DNA of 64,000 bases from Magallana gigas (taxonomy: Eukaryota), in NCBI RefSeq assembly GCF_963853765.1, contig NC_088854.1:1054001-1118000 (forward strand), read 5' to 3'. Of the stretch, positions 14,101 through 25,741 are shown piece by piece. The first letter of the stretch is position 1. Each line of letters begins with the position of its first letter. Below the pieces are notes generated by a model, which saw only the letters and a list, made by a program, of their open reading frames with translations, did not search any database and had not been told where the DNA came from. The position numbers and the translations under genes were made by a program.

Positions 14101-15609
14101 GGGAGGGGTCTGTAAACTCTCGGGCTTTGGATTCCAGAAAGAAATCACAGAAAGAAATATTTACGAGAAGGTAATAAACGTTTTGTACGAGAGATTCAAC
14201 ACACAAACGATAATAAGAGAATCAGGACTCATTTTCTTGTTGATATGAATCATATGATAACCATCTTTTGAGGTTGAATTTGTTTGTATATGGGGCATGG
14301 ACACTGGCTGAGATGTCATTTCAAAAGTTTCATCATTTAACCTGTTTTAATTAAAAATCATAGATATCAATGATACAATTTTGTTTTGCATGTTATTTAT
14401 TTAAATAAATGTAATGCTGCACTAGTGCCCATTTTTTTAACAATATTGTTTTTGATCACCGCATTGTTAGAAAGCAACAAAATAAAAATACACAGAGCAC
14501 TGATTTATTCCTTTGTTTTAGGAATCCCTTCCTGTTAGATGTATGGCCCCAGAATCCTTATCACAAAATATCTACGACACAAGGTCTGACACATATGCTT
14601 TTGGCATCCTACTGTGGCAAATAATACATTTTGGTAAGAAATATTTGAATTTATATTTGTTATGTAAATGAATTTTATATTCTTATGCATTTCATGTATC
14701 CATACATGTATTAATGAGTTTTTAAAGTGCAATGCCTAAAAAATTATTTAGTTACTGTGTATCAGTCAGCAATATCTTGATCATCCTGCTAAATACATGT
14801 ATGTCTTGATTTAATATAATAAAGTGTGAGAAAATTGATAGACAGATAGAATGATAAAAAATCAAAGATGATTGAAGCTTTTTGACATTTACTAAAAAAA
14901 CCCAACTTTTATTCGCCTGCGAGAAATTATAGAAAGGTTTACGAGAGCCTCATTATTGCAAATATATCTCACTGCGGACCAGTATATCAAATGAAGTCAT
15001 GATTGTTATAAGTACATGGTCTATTTTTTTTAACATCACAGGGCAGGTACCTTACCCCACCATGGACATAAATGAAGTGAAAGAGAAAGTATTGAATGGA
15101 GAACGCATGCCCCAGCCCCAGCACTGTAGTCCCCAGTTGTAAGTTAATATTCTGTGTCACAAAATTAACTATAGGCATATTGATATACTGTATATAAGAA
15201 TCCATAAGGCATAGAATATTGTAAACACCCATCTCTGCGTTGATAAGGCATACATGTTTTAAAAGACATATCTGATTTGGATAAGGAAAACAATGCTGTA
15301 AACAACTGTCTCTGTATTGATAAAGCATACATAGCTTTAAAAATCAGCCTCTGTGCCGATATGGCATACAATATACTTTACGCCTATGTTAATTAGGCAT
15401 ACAGCACTGTAAACATCTATCGGTGTGTTGACAGGTTTGGGTTGATGGAGCGGTGCTGGAGTGGTGACCCTGACCAGCGGCCTCTCTACCCCGACATCCT
15501 ACAGACACTGACCACGTTACTGACCCACAGCGACACAAACATCGTACTGGATGATCTCCCCTCTCTGCATCTCTCAGAGAGTGAAGTAGACTCAGAACAT
15601 AACCTGTAG
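1888..15609 (+). CDS. Receptor tyrosine kinase-like pseudokinase: signal peptide, 3 Ig domains, TM, degenerate TK domain (FGFR-like architecture), ~749 aa
   Basis: Phase-consistent GT/AG exons: 1888-1924, 6231-6386, 7160-7366, 7730-8014, 8248-8535, 8806-8898, 9513-9601, 10305-10421, 11959-12127, 12637-12747, 13600-13799, 14057-14170, 14522-14633, 15042-15138, 15435-15609 (2250 nt). Features: signal MFQYFSFLSSFVVSAG; Ig C-W-YxC patterns (LSC/LTW/YSC, FDC/ISW/YIC, LRC/YFW/YTC); TM AVGAVVSAVLAIFLIVVFILLAI; WEIP, VAIK, EMEVM, PVRCMAPES, SDTYAFGILLW, CWxxDPDQRP. Confidence 0.9.
2745..3365 (+). repeat. Three tandem ~245-bp units each containing a tRNA-like (pseudo-tRNA/SINE head) sequence
   Basis: Copies begin at ~2775, ~3019 and ~3269. 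Each has an A-box-like TAGCTCAGTTGGTAGAGCA, a stem CCTGA-ctagaga-TTCAGG and a B-box-like GTTC(G/A)(G/A)ATC; the T-stem pairs poorly. Confidence 0.65.
3910..4290 (+). repeat. Degenerate intronic tandem duplication (~230-bp unit)
   Basis: ttctccagtgcccacat(c/t)atacaaatt...aa occurs at ~3930 and ~4162. Confidence 0.6.
4741..4958. mobile_element. Tc1/mariner-type MITE
   Basis: ~24-bp TIR CTGTGGAATCAT...ATGATTCCACAG flanked by TA on both sides. Confidence 0.8.
5084..5114. repeat. (GA)n microsatellite
   Basis: Direct reading. Confidence 0.95.
10431..11415 (+). repeat. 15-bp minisatellite (AGTACAGGTGTAATC / AGGACAGGTATAATC), ~42 core units plus a degenerate tail containing copies of the upstream exon end
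   Basis: Core runs 10431-11060. The exon-end sequence cctaatgatgtcaacatgga reappears diverged at ~11069 and ~11254. Confidence 0.95.
12709..13352 (+). repeat. ~39-bp minisatellite derived from the 3' end and donor of kinase exon 12637-12747
   Basis: Unit GTAATGTCATCACCCTCATTGGCTGTTACACTCTCACAG, with truncated variants; the first unit is the coding NVITLIGCYTLT. Confidence 0.9.
13345..13533 (-). mobile_element. Short Helentron/HINE-like fragment in intron
   Basis: Terminus reads AAACAAGAGATGTTTGTAAAACACTTATGCCCC on minus, the same AAACAAGAG start as the other Helentrons here. Confidence 0.45.
15170..15434 (+). repeat. Degenerate ~39-bp intronic repeat ending at the last acceptor of the receptor gene
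   Basis: Recurring aaggcatac...tgtaaaca...tctgt...gat units. Confidence 0.6.
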
Positions 15610-18277
15610 CCATGTCAAATCTTTGACCACAATCTGCAGCCATGTCAAACCCTGAAACATAACCTGCAGCCCCATCAAACCTTCAATCATAGCCTATAGT
15701 AATGTGCAGCTACATTGGGGAATGAAAACTATAACTACATTTAATCTTCGAATATAATCTATGGCATTAACTATAAGACATGCAGCAGAACTAAAAAGAA
15801 GGAGTGTTTTTATGCAGAAGCTTGCTTGCATTGTATATTCTGCTTTGAATATTTCTCTCAACATTTGTTGATTAACAAAACTTTGTGAAAAAAAAACAAA
15901 AAATGACTTTTAAAGGCATTGGTTATCTTGATATAATGGTCATATACATTTTTGTCATGTATATTTTGTAAATTTGCAAGCTATGTGTAAGAATTTTATT
16001 AATATAGTTTCTTACTTTTAACCCTGAACAACACAAAGACATCAATGTGTAGGGAATTTTCTTTATATAAGATCTCACTGTTACTTATTCATATTTTCCC
16101 GTCCACTATAAGAGTGATTGAAAAAAACTTCTGCTATATTTTTTATTCACTTTTTTAATCTATATACAAATATTGATATTTCACATATTTGATAACCCAT
16201 TAGATATTTTGGGACAATGAGTAAATAGAAGTTATGTGTGTCTATTTACATACTTAGTAGGTAACAAGTTTCTGTGTGCGTTTATGATGTGTCTGTTTTG
16301 AAATTTTAGATACTAAAATTCAAAATCTTTATCTTTTATTACAATATACATACAAGTTGATTAATATTTTTTGCTTGAAAGTCAGGGTTAGGGTAAGCAC
16401 TTTTTACTTAGCTTTTTTACTTAGGGCTGTGAATTTGTTGTACAAGATAAGAATTAAGTTTGTAAAAATCACGTGGAATATTACAATTAAACAATCTTAA
16501 ATGGAAAGGGAAGGTTTAGGTTAAAACCAAGGATGAGAAATATACACAAATATTTTCCCACATGTACTAGTTCAAACTGTGCATACAATAAAATCTTTAT
16601 GTAGTGTATTGATATAGACACTCAGTGATGTAACAAGACTTAGCTTCTTTGTTATGTTTTATTATCAGTAACTAAATGATTACTATATTAACATGATAGA
16701 TTATATTTTCAATCTTATTATACATTATAACTAAGGTTGATTGAAATTTTAATGTATACATGTATTACTAGGATGTTTACTTGTAAAGGTTGCATAGATT
16801 GTTCTTATGCTTCACAGGTTTGTTATTCGCTTTTTTTAAAAGTTATACCAAACCGATTACACCAATGCAGTTCTGCTCAAAATAAGGGTATATTATACTG
16901 TTGTTTTCTATGAGTTACTGGTGAATATATGGTAGGTTGCAGGGATCATGACACAAATCTACAATTTTGTTGCCCACAGGGTGATTTTTACAACAACATT
17001 TTGTCATATTTTTTTAAAAATTATTTTAGATTGATATGGAATTGTTTAACCTCTATTTAGTCAGTTAGATATTTTGCTACGACTTTAATTTATAAGTAAC
17101 TGTTATCTTTGTATGGCCGTGTTTTGTTGTAGTATATTTGTTATATGATGAAATAGTGCTTCACATATTTCACTAAACTTTTTCATGTCTATCTGTCCTT
17201 TTTTTGGTGCTTGATTTGTTGAACGTATATATTGGTTGTTTATAATTTTTTTCATGCTTATCTTTTATTTATACGAAGTGCAATGAAGTAAATAATAAAA
17301 AAAAAAATAAGCAGATGAATGGTAAATTATTATATTATTATAAGCATACTTTAATTATGATGAAAAACCATGCTGGACCAAATAATAATTATTTGCCGTT
17401 TAAACATATTTCTAGAGCTCTTTTTAGAAATTAGGACTAGACTATTCTCTTGACGTTTGTTTTAGAAATTGTCTCTGTTAAGTATGTAATATTTGACTTG
17501 GCCCACTGACAGACATGCCCTTGTTTTACAAATTCACTTGTTTTCCTCTCTTTTCTGTAAAGTAATATTTCTTTTGATGATGAATAATTGATAAGTGCTA
17601 TAAGTCTTCCTTTTAAAAAGTCATGTGCTGTCAAAAGAAGAAATATTCCTTAAGATACTTCACTTTCCCTGACCATTGTAATACCGTTTATACGTGTTTG
17701 TCACCGCTCAATTGGGTATCTTTACGTCTATGACAAAGGTCTGTATAATTGAATTGATCACGTCGAAACCGAAATTATTACCACATAATATTCATTGATG
17801 CCTAATTACATATATTTATATAATTTTCAGCAATTGTACGATTTAATATTTGAATATAAATAAGCAAACCCCGCTTGCGCCCTAATTGTACGTCATTTGA
17901 AATTTATTTGACTGTATAGTACAAAATCGATATGTAGTATTATCACAGGCAAAGATATTATAAAATGTAAATATTTCTAGGTGAGTGCCAATGCCTTGTC
18001 ATGCTACCTCCTATATTTTAAAATGTCCGTACTGAAAAGTCAGCTGTACTCTCGAATTTATACTTTTAGCAATCATCAGCTCTTTTAAGGGTATTAAATC
18101 TAAACGTTTTAAATACATGTAGAATTTCCACTTCAAAACTTCATAACATATTCAGAAATTTTAGAGACCACCAAATATTCTTTTAGAATGTAATCATTGA
18201 GCAGACGATATCATAAGATAAAAGAAGATGGGCGAATAAGGCGTATAAAAACCTAAATGAGGATATATATAAGATAC

Positions 18278-18740
18278 TACTAGACTTTGACCCGTGCATG
18301 CACGGGTTGACATTGCATATGATAACGGACATTTACGGAATAGATACATCAACACACCGTATTGTTGACATTTACATAACCAAGCTTTCAGCCTACAATA
18401 ATGCTATTAATTTCACTACAGTCTGTTTAGTTTGAATAATCTAACTGTGTCTCGAGACAGGCCATCGCCACAGTTAAAATGCCTCCAATATGCCCATTGC
18501 AGAATCGCTCCGAAATTGCATTAAAAATAACAGTTCAATTATTCATAGCAAACCATTTTGAGGCTACAAATATCTTTCACCTAAAAATTTAATTCATATT
18601 GATGAAGAATTCAACACTTTTTCACCAACGTTTTTTAACTCGCTCCGAATTTACACACCAATTTGACATTCGAAACTCTCGGGGTTTTTCATATTTAATA
18701 CACTGAGTTAGAGTTATCGCCCGTATTTCCTTAGATGAAC
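18278..18740. mobile_element. Putative non-autonomous element with a terminal palindrome (Helitron-like)
   Basis: ACTAGACTTTGACCCGTGCATGCACGGGTTGAC with an 18-bp perfect palindrome at 18290-18307. The family assignment is from recollection only and the right boundary is approximate. Confidence 0.4.
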
Positions 18741-18753
18741 AGAAAATATGACA

Positions 18754-19324
18754 AAGGACTATGTGCGGTTTTATGCATTTTTGCCCCCAAAATCAAAGTT
18801 TTAAAAGAAGAGCTTTAAAAATAAGGTGAAAGATAGTTGAAATCAAGGTGTAAAGGGTTATCACCACAGTGACGTCATAATGTAGAAATGACGTCATGAA
18901 GATTGCATTATTTGGATAAATTGATGTTTTGTGGCAAAATATGGGTGTTTTCCGATGGTTTTTCGATGGTTTTTCGAGCGCAGGCTTGCTCAAGTACCAT
19001 TTTTCAGTAAAATGTGTATTACATAACTATCTGAAGAAAAACATACGTTAAAATCGCACTTGAACAGTCCTGCGCTCTATACTTCCGAGTGCAAAATATA
19101 GAGCAAAAAAGAGAATATTTTCATTTGTTTTAAATTTGCGTGAATTAGGTCATTTATGTGACGTCATAAATTAACAGCGAATGAGCAATGATGACTAAAA
19201 TCAAGATTAAATTGATAGGCATCCTCCATACAATGATTTGTTAAGATTTTATTTTTATACGATTCTAGTTAAAATTGGTCGAAATCGGGGGCAGATATTT
19301 GACCATACCGCATATATAGTCCTT
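18754..19324. mobile_element. Non-autonomous TIR DNA element (MITE), copy 2, inverted relative to 457-1032
   Basis: Same TIR and internal sequence (gtgacgtcataatgtagaaatgacgtcatgaagattg) in reverse orientation. Confidence 0.8.
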
Positions 19325-20386
19325 TTCAATGAAAATTAACATGTATTTGTAATATCGTTTCTGAGTTTATTAATGCAAATGTGATATTGTGGAAACATAA
19401 ACTAAAGAGCCTCCTTTGATTTAGCGTGAATGTAATGCGCATGCGTAAGATTGTAAAATTCAAAAAATCCAGATGATTTCCGGATTTTTTAAAGGAATTT
19501 TCGTTGATTATTAAAGAGCGAAGCTTGATTGAGAAAAAATAAAACAAATTGGTTATCTTTAAGTACCAATGATGTTTAAAATATATAAAACGAAAGGCAG
19601 TACTCTTCCGATTTCTCGGTATTAAAGCCCAAAAATTAGAGTCTATTATTTTAATACTGTATATAGTAGTAAAGATAAAATTAGAATATCAACAAATTTA
19701 ATATTTTTTTCTAAATTGTTACAAACAATGTATATTTATCCTAACATCGATTTATAATATGTTAAATACTTTGAATAGATGATTAAAACTGGGGTATACG
19801 TGTCAAAACCTCCATTCGGCAGTTTGTGTCTCATTCGTTTTGGGTATGTTTAAAATAACATGGTCGGATCCGTAAAATGTAGTCAAGTTTACGATCCTTA
19901 AGCTTGTATACCTTATAGGTCGGTATTTGAACTAGAAATAGTGGTGAAGAACAAAACAATATTATTTTTAATTAACTTTTATTTATTACATGTATGTACA
20001 ATCATAAGAACCGTCATACAACAACCAAGTCTTATTTTTAAAACAATCAAAGGAAATTATAACTATGATTTAAAAAACATTGAAATTGACTATACAGTAG
20101 CCCAATTACAAAACCATTGAGATACATCGGCTGAATCTTAAATATCGATAAGAAAATGTTCTAGGATTATATCCCTTTTTTCTTTTTTTCTTTCTTTTTT
20201 TTTTTGGGGGGGGGGGGGCGGGGGTAAAGGTTTAGTATTAAAACGTTGTACAGAAAAGAAAAGGATTAAGGCCTTTGTAACTGACCAATCTTAAATGTCA
20301 AAGCTGCGGGATTTTGTAATTAGTGACAAGAACGATTCAAAGATGATGTGTGACATTTGGAAATACGTCTTCCACATTGGATAGTC

Positions 20387-21967
20387 TTATGTTTTATCTC
20401 TGTCATATTCTAACTCAAACGATGCTTTTATCTTTTCTTTATTCGCCGTATCACAACATTCTATCCGGATGCTAGTCTGTCCAAAGTATATTTTTGTTGT
20501 ATGATCTACCCTGTCCGGCCAACCATTTTCAGGAGGCGTACTAACAACTTTTCCAATAGCTTTGAAACCTTCATCTGTTACAAAAGCCAACTGACCCCTT
20601 ACTACGTTCTTTGCTTGAAAGAGCTCATCCTTTAACGTAACAAATTTTCTATCCTCATTACGATGACTTGAATATGTCATATGAGTTCTCTCTTCTTCGT
20701 ACTTTACTAACTCATCTTTATACACCAAAACGCTGAAAACGTCATCGCATTTCTCTTCCTCGTCGACGATAATATGTTTGCTTTGAGGGTGTATCTTGCT
20801 ATCAAAATCCTCTAAAACGCTAAAACCGTATGTATATCTACAAATTCTTGCAGAGACTGCACGAGGATTGTATCCAAATAAAACGGCTCCTTTCAGGACC
20901 ACCGTGCCAGGTTCGTTGGGAGAGATGAATTTAATCGAAGAGAAAGCAGGGTTGTTTTTTATCTCGTCTGTCAAAAACTTAGAGCCTGAAAATCCCCCGA
21001 CCAAGATGATGAAATTGATTGTCCCTATTTCAACCAAAATGTTTTTGAGAATACCAATAATTTTATCTTTTGGAGTGGTAAAAAAACTCTTGAAATGATC
21101 ATTTTGAACATGCATGTGTGCTAATGTAAGTGTTTGCTTATGTTCCTTTTGAATCGCAGTGTTTGCAAACTGCATTAACCGCGCAGGTAGTTGAAGCCGA
21201 ATGTTCCCCTTCGTATTACTGCTGATTTGTCTTTTCTTTGCCTCGAATTCTCTCTCAAAATCTAAAGCATCTAAAGGAGCCAACTCCCACAAATTTTCAA
21301 AACATTCCTTGTTTTTGAAAAGTTCATTGACAAAATCCTTGAATTGGGCATCCACAATGGTCCCACCCCAATCGCCACCGCTGGCTTTATAGACCTCTGC
21401 CAACGTGCCATCTTCCATGATCTTATGAACAACTATGTCGATAGTACCTCCTGATGAAACAAAAATAATCGTTTTACTCTTATAAATATTTTTATACTAG
21501 TTTTCTCAATAGTTAATAAAACGTGTCAAACATGTCATGTTGACCTGTCTTTCAGTTCAAAATAAACATTGTTAAACCACTGCGTCTCACTCAGCGAATT
21601 AATATTTGTCCGATTTCGGCGGATTTTGGGAAAAACCAAAAAAGGTGTTCAACACAAATGGCTGGTTGCTACTTACAATTATACTGAGGTTACAGTTGTT
21701 GACTAGGATTCGGCCAATACTAGTATATGATTTATTGGAACTCGAGACTGAAATGTTGTACTCGGCCTTCAGCCTTTGGGCAACACATCTGTCTTCAAGT
21801 CCAACAAATCGTGTGTTGCACTCAATAAAGTAGCCCATATGATGAATCTATATTAACTTCTTGTTTAAACAATTGTAGAATTTAAAAGATAAGAAGAATA
21901 CCGATAATGCAAATCAATTAAAAGCAAAAGATTTTATCTAAAGTCTTTTCAGCGTCAGACAAACAGC

Positions 21968-22047
<80 letters not shown>

Positions 22048-23502
22048 AACTTGTTTAGTTCGAACACGGATATAGCGAGATCTCGGACATAGAAAAGTTT
22101 GTTCCTAGCAATATTTTTATCAAATCCTTCCATAAGTGTATGGATCTGACGATTTGAAATATAACGACTTCATGGATAATGATAATAGAGGTGTCAAATA
22201 ATGAAATTCAATACGTTTTATCATTTGAAGTTTCGGAGGAAAGCAGTTTATATAAAGAAGTTGCTATACTTATTTTAACGAATTCGTTTTACGGATACAG
22301 TTATAACAATTAAGGATGTTGTGAAACTAATAATCTGGTCCATGGGACTTTACCATGATCGACCGAGTACTGTTGCTAGATAGATATTAAACCATGCTTA
22401 AGAAAATGGAAATCTAGATCATCTAAATACACATTCCTACCTCCCATATCCAGGACCATGTACTTTGTTCCTGGTTCGAACGACTCTGTCAGCATTCGGT
22501 CCGGCAGGTTCTTACAATAAAGGGCTGCCGCTTCTGGTTCTAGCGCAAGGACAATCTGGTACTCTGCAATGTCTGCCTAGTTCAAACAGGTATGACAAAT
22601 TCAGTAGAAGTCTAAAGTTAATAAAGTTAATTCAAAAACGTTTCTTTATAAAGGTATCATTTTTGGATGCAATAAATTCACACACAGTTCCATAAAATCT
22701 ATTGTAAATTCATAAAATATTTTTATATCAGTCAAACTGTAAAATAAATTATAAATTCAAAGCATTTTCAATTTTTTTTTTTCAAACTAATTAAACAAAT
22801 TTGTTATAAGGTGAATGTGCATGCATGTACATTCTAAATAACTTACCTTGATTGCTGCCTTTCTCATAAACTCTTTGGCGGATTCCGACCAGATTGCAGG
22901 AACTGTAAACACATAAAGTACATTTTCAGGTTTGAATACCACTCCTCGGTTTTCGGCCGCATTTTCAAAATGAGTCTTTAGCGCCTTTATCGTGTGTACA
23001 AATATCACCATGGCAGGAAGTGATAGTTTTCCTCGATCGTCTTGTAATACAAATGCTTCTGTAATATTCTACAATTAACCAACATTAATGTCTTCTTTAC
23101 TTAATATTCTTCAATTTGATTCTTTATTTTTATTACTATCGTCAAAGCTGTTGCATTGTTTACCTTTTCATGATATAGTTTCATTTTAAAGTTTCGAAAT
23201 CTGTAGCATTTATTGTGAGTTTTTTCCTCCACCCTCTGAGCATAACGTTCTTCTGCCTCATAACCGAAAGAGTCGAAGGTTTGATCTTCATTCAACAGAA
23301 CAGTTGTAGGGGCCTTGGCCTTCGGGTCTAGAGTGGAATTCCCTGTCCATTCATTGAGATTGATCGTGTTTGTTTCAATTTCCTTTTTGTCACTGTAAGC
23401 ATACCCTGAGTAGCTCGTTCCTATGTCAAATGCTACTATTATATCCCATTTGTACTTCGAGGGAAACTCCGATACTTGAACTGGAAGCTTTCCTGTACCC
23501 AT
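20387..23502 (-). CDS. HSPA12: HSPA12-like atypical HSP70, copy A (~586 aa)
   Basis: Exons 23502-23164, 23068-22847, 22576-22441, 21450-20387. Motifs VAFDIGTSYSGYAYS, VFTVPAIWSESAKEFM, LALEPEAAALYC, VLDMGGGTIDI, SGGDWGG, ILVGGFSGS, VLKGAVLFG. No EEVD. Confidence 0.92.
21968..22045. repeat. (GATA)n microsatellite in intron 3 of copy A
   Basis: Direct reading, ~19 units. Confidence 0.95.
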
Positions 23503-24286
23503 CTTATCTTTGCAAATGTCTTTCAACTAAATATTAAGTTTTAGATACAATTATCTTGATTTTTTTAAAAAAATGAAGAAGAAAGAAATTGTGTAGCTTA
23601 TTGTTTTAATCACTGAACAGTTTAAAAAAGACGTGTGGACATAATGTATTCGAAAATTGAAATTTGTTTAATAAAACCTTGTTGAAACGAACATGTATGC
23701 TTCTTGTTGACAAAACAACACTACATGTATACTAGACAGTTGATTGTCAGTACCTTTGTAAACTTTTTTCCAAATGCAGAATACCAATTCTCAATTCTAC
23801 TAATACCAATTAGAATTTCAATATTATGTATAATCGTCATGTTTTTGTTTTTTGTTTTGTTTGTTAATAAACATGTTTTCTTATCTTTGTTCATACTGAT
23901 TAAACAGCACATTAAGCATCTTAAAATACAAATTTACTTACCTGTTATTAAGAAATTAATATATTTCACCTGCAATAGAGGTTTTATAAGTTCACAATGC
24001 GTGTTAGTGAACTTTGTCCTTATGAGATATTATCAGGTAGGAAAACGTTTGATATTGTAAATCTTTATCAGTATCACAACGCCATTAAATGTGTACAAGC
24101 AATTCAATTTGTCAAAATGAAAGTATAATGTACAAGAATCATACGTTATTATATGTAAACAAATATCAGTCTGAAAATTTGTAAAAGAAGATAAACTACA
24201 AGATTTCAAAAAAATAAACATGATTAACTTCACATTGTTAGTAGGCATGTGTAATCAACGTAAACATTTACAAATAACGAACATGC

Positions 24287-24483
24287 AGGCACATAATATT
24301 AGGAGAGGGGGAGGGTGGCAGAGGCCCCCATCACTTTTTCTCGCAGAAGACATTCTTTTTTAAATTCACATATACAAAATTGAATTTTAGTGGGATTGCC
24401 CCTTTCCCACTTTTTTTTTTTGCTTATCAAGATTTTTTGGATGAGATTGCCTCCTCCACTATCAAAAACGATGCTACGTGCCT
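24287..24483. mobile_element. Small MITE-like remnant
   Basis: Imperfect inverted ends AGGCAC(A)TA.../...GCTACGTGCCT around a G/C-run-rich interior. Confidence 0.4.
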
Positions 24484-25211
24484 ATGTGCTACGTGCATAA
24501 AATAATTATGATTTTAGATAAATTGTAATGAGTGAAAATCATGTTATTTGATCTGTTTACGTAACAGCATTTGATTTTTTATTTGATTTTAATTAGTTAC
24601 CCATGGATTAATCCCATGTGAAATTGGCGTCGATCCAATGTCATTTATAGTTTAATGTATTGTTATTACCTTGAATTAACCATATAAAGATGAAGCATTT
24701 ATTGTCTAGGTCTTCAAACAAAGAGTGAAACTGATGTATGAACTAACAGGACTACAATCTACAATATCAAGTAAAAACGACACACAGTCGACAAATGAAC
24801 GTGTGCGTATTAGATTTACTTTTGATAACTTCTTTTAAATGTGCTATTTAGTTTAATAATGTTCAAGAAAGTCATTTATAATTCAAATCAATGTTCAAAT
24901 AACTATAATAAAAGGTTTTGACACAGTTCATAGATGTCATTTTCTACATTTAATGTTAACCTTGTGTTGATCATTTCTTAGTTGAATTAAACGTAGCGTC
25001 AAGTATGGCAAAATGAGAGTCCCTTCACACAATACTGAATAGTAAATTATAGCTTTTATTATTGTAAATGTTATAAAGTCATCTTCCGAAGTCAGTGTTT
25101 TCTTATCCGCTCTTTTCCTTACATAACCTTGACAGATCTGGAGAGGGCGTTTTAAGTTTACAATCTTAATGAATATACTAGGATCTACCTAGATTTCAAG
25201 TAATGGTGCTG

Positions 25212-25741
25212 TGTAACGTGGTTGAGCCAGGCGATCTCCAAATAACACCCAAGACAGTTTTAATTAATGAATTTATTTATAATAAACTAAATCAATAGAA
25301 AATATTTACATATTCTCACTCACTTTCACACTCTCGTTCAAAAACTAAATGCTTAAATCTAAACCCCAAAAATCAAATTCCCTTCTTGACAATTATAAGC
25401 TATAATAATAGACAGCTAAGTTATCTTACTAATAATGTTCAGTTTCCAAACACAATTATACTGTAATGCTTATAGATGTATTATCTATGTTGCCAAAATT
25501 TCACAAAAACACTTCTTGTCCACTAGTCCTATCGCTATAGAGTTCCAATTAGATCAACCATCGACATCTAGATATGGACGTCTGCGCTGATGGTTCAATA
25601 ATGACATTCACAAGTCCACCCTCATCACTATTTCTGGGGTTGAGTCCTAGAACTGTTGTGGTGTGGCGTGGTAGTGAAATAGTCCTATCGGATCCAAACG
25701 TGTGCTACATCATGTTCATCGACCACTGTCACAACGCTACA
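25212..25741 (-). mobile_element. Possible solo LTR
   Basis: TG...CA ends (minus: TGTAGCG...CGTTACA) and AATAAA on minus ~60 bp before the end. No TSD found. Confidence 0.3.

Noticed and set aside
21918-22133. ORF with LSIY repeats
   Set aside because: Translation of a (GATA)n microsatellite.
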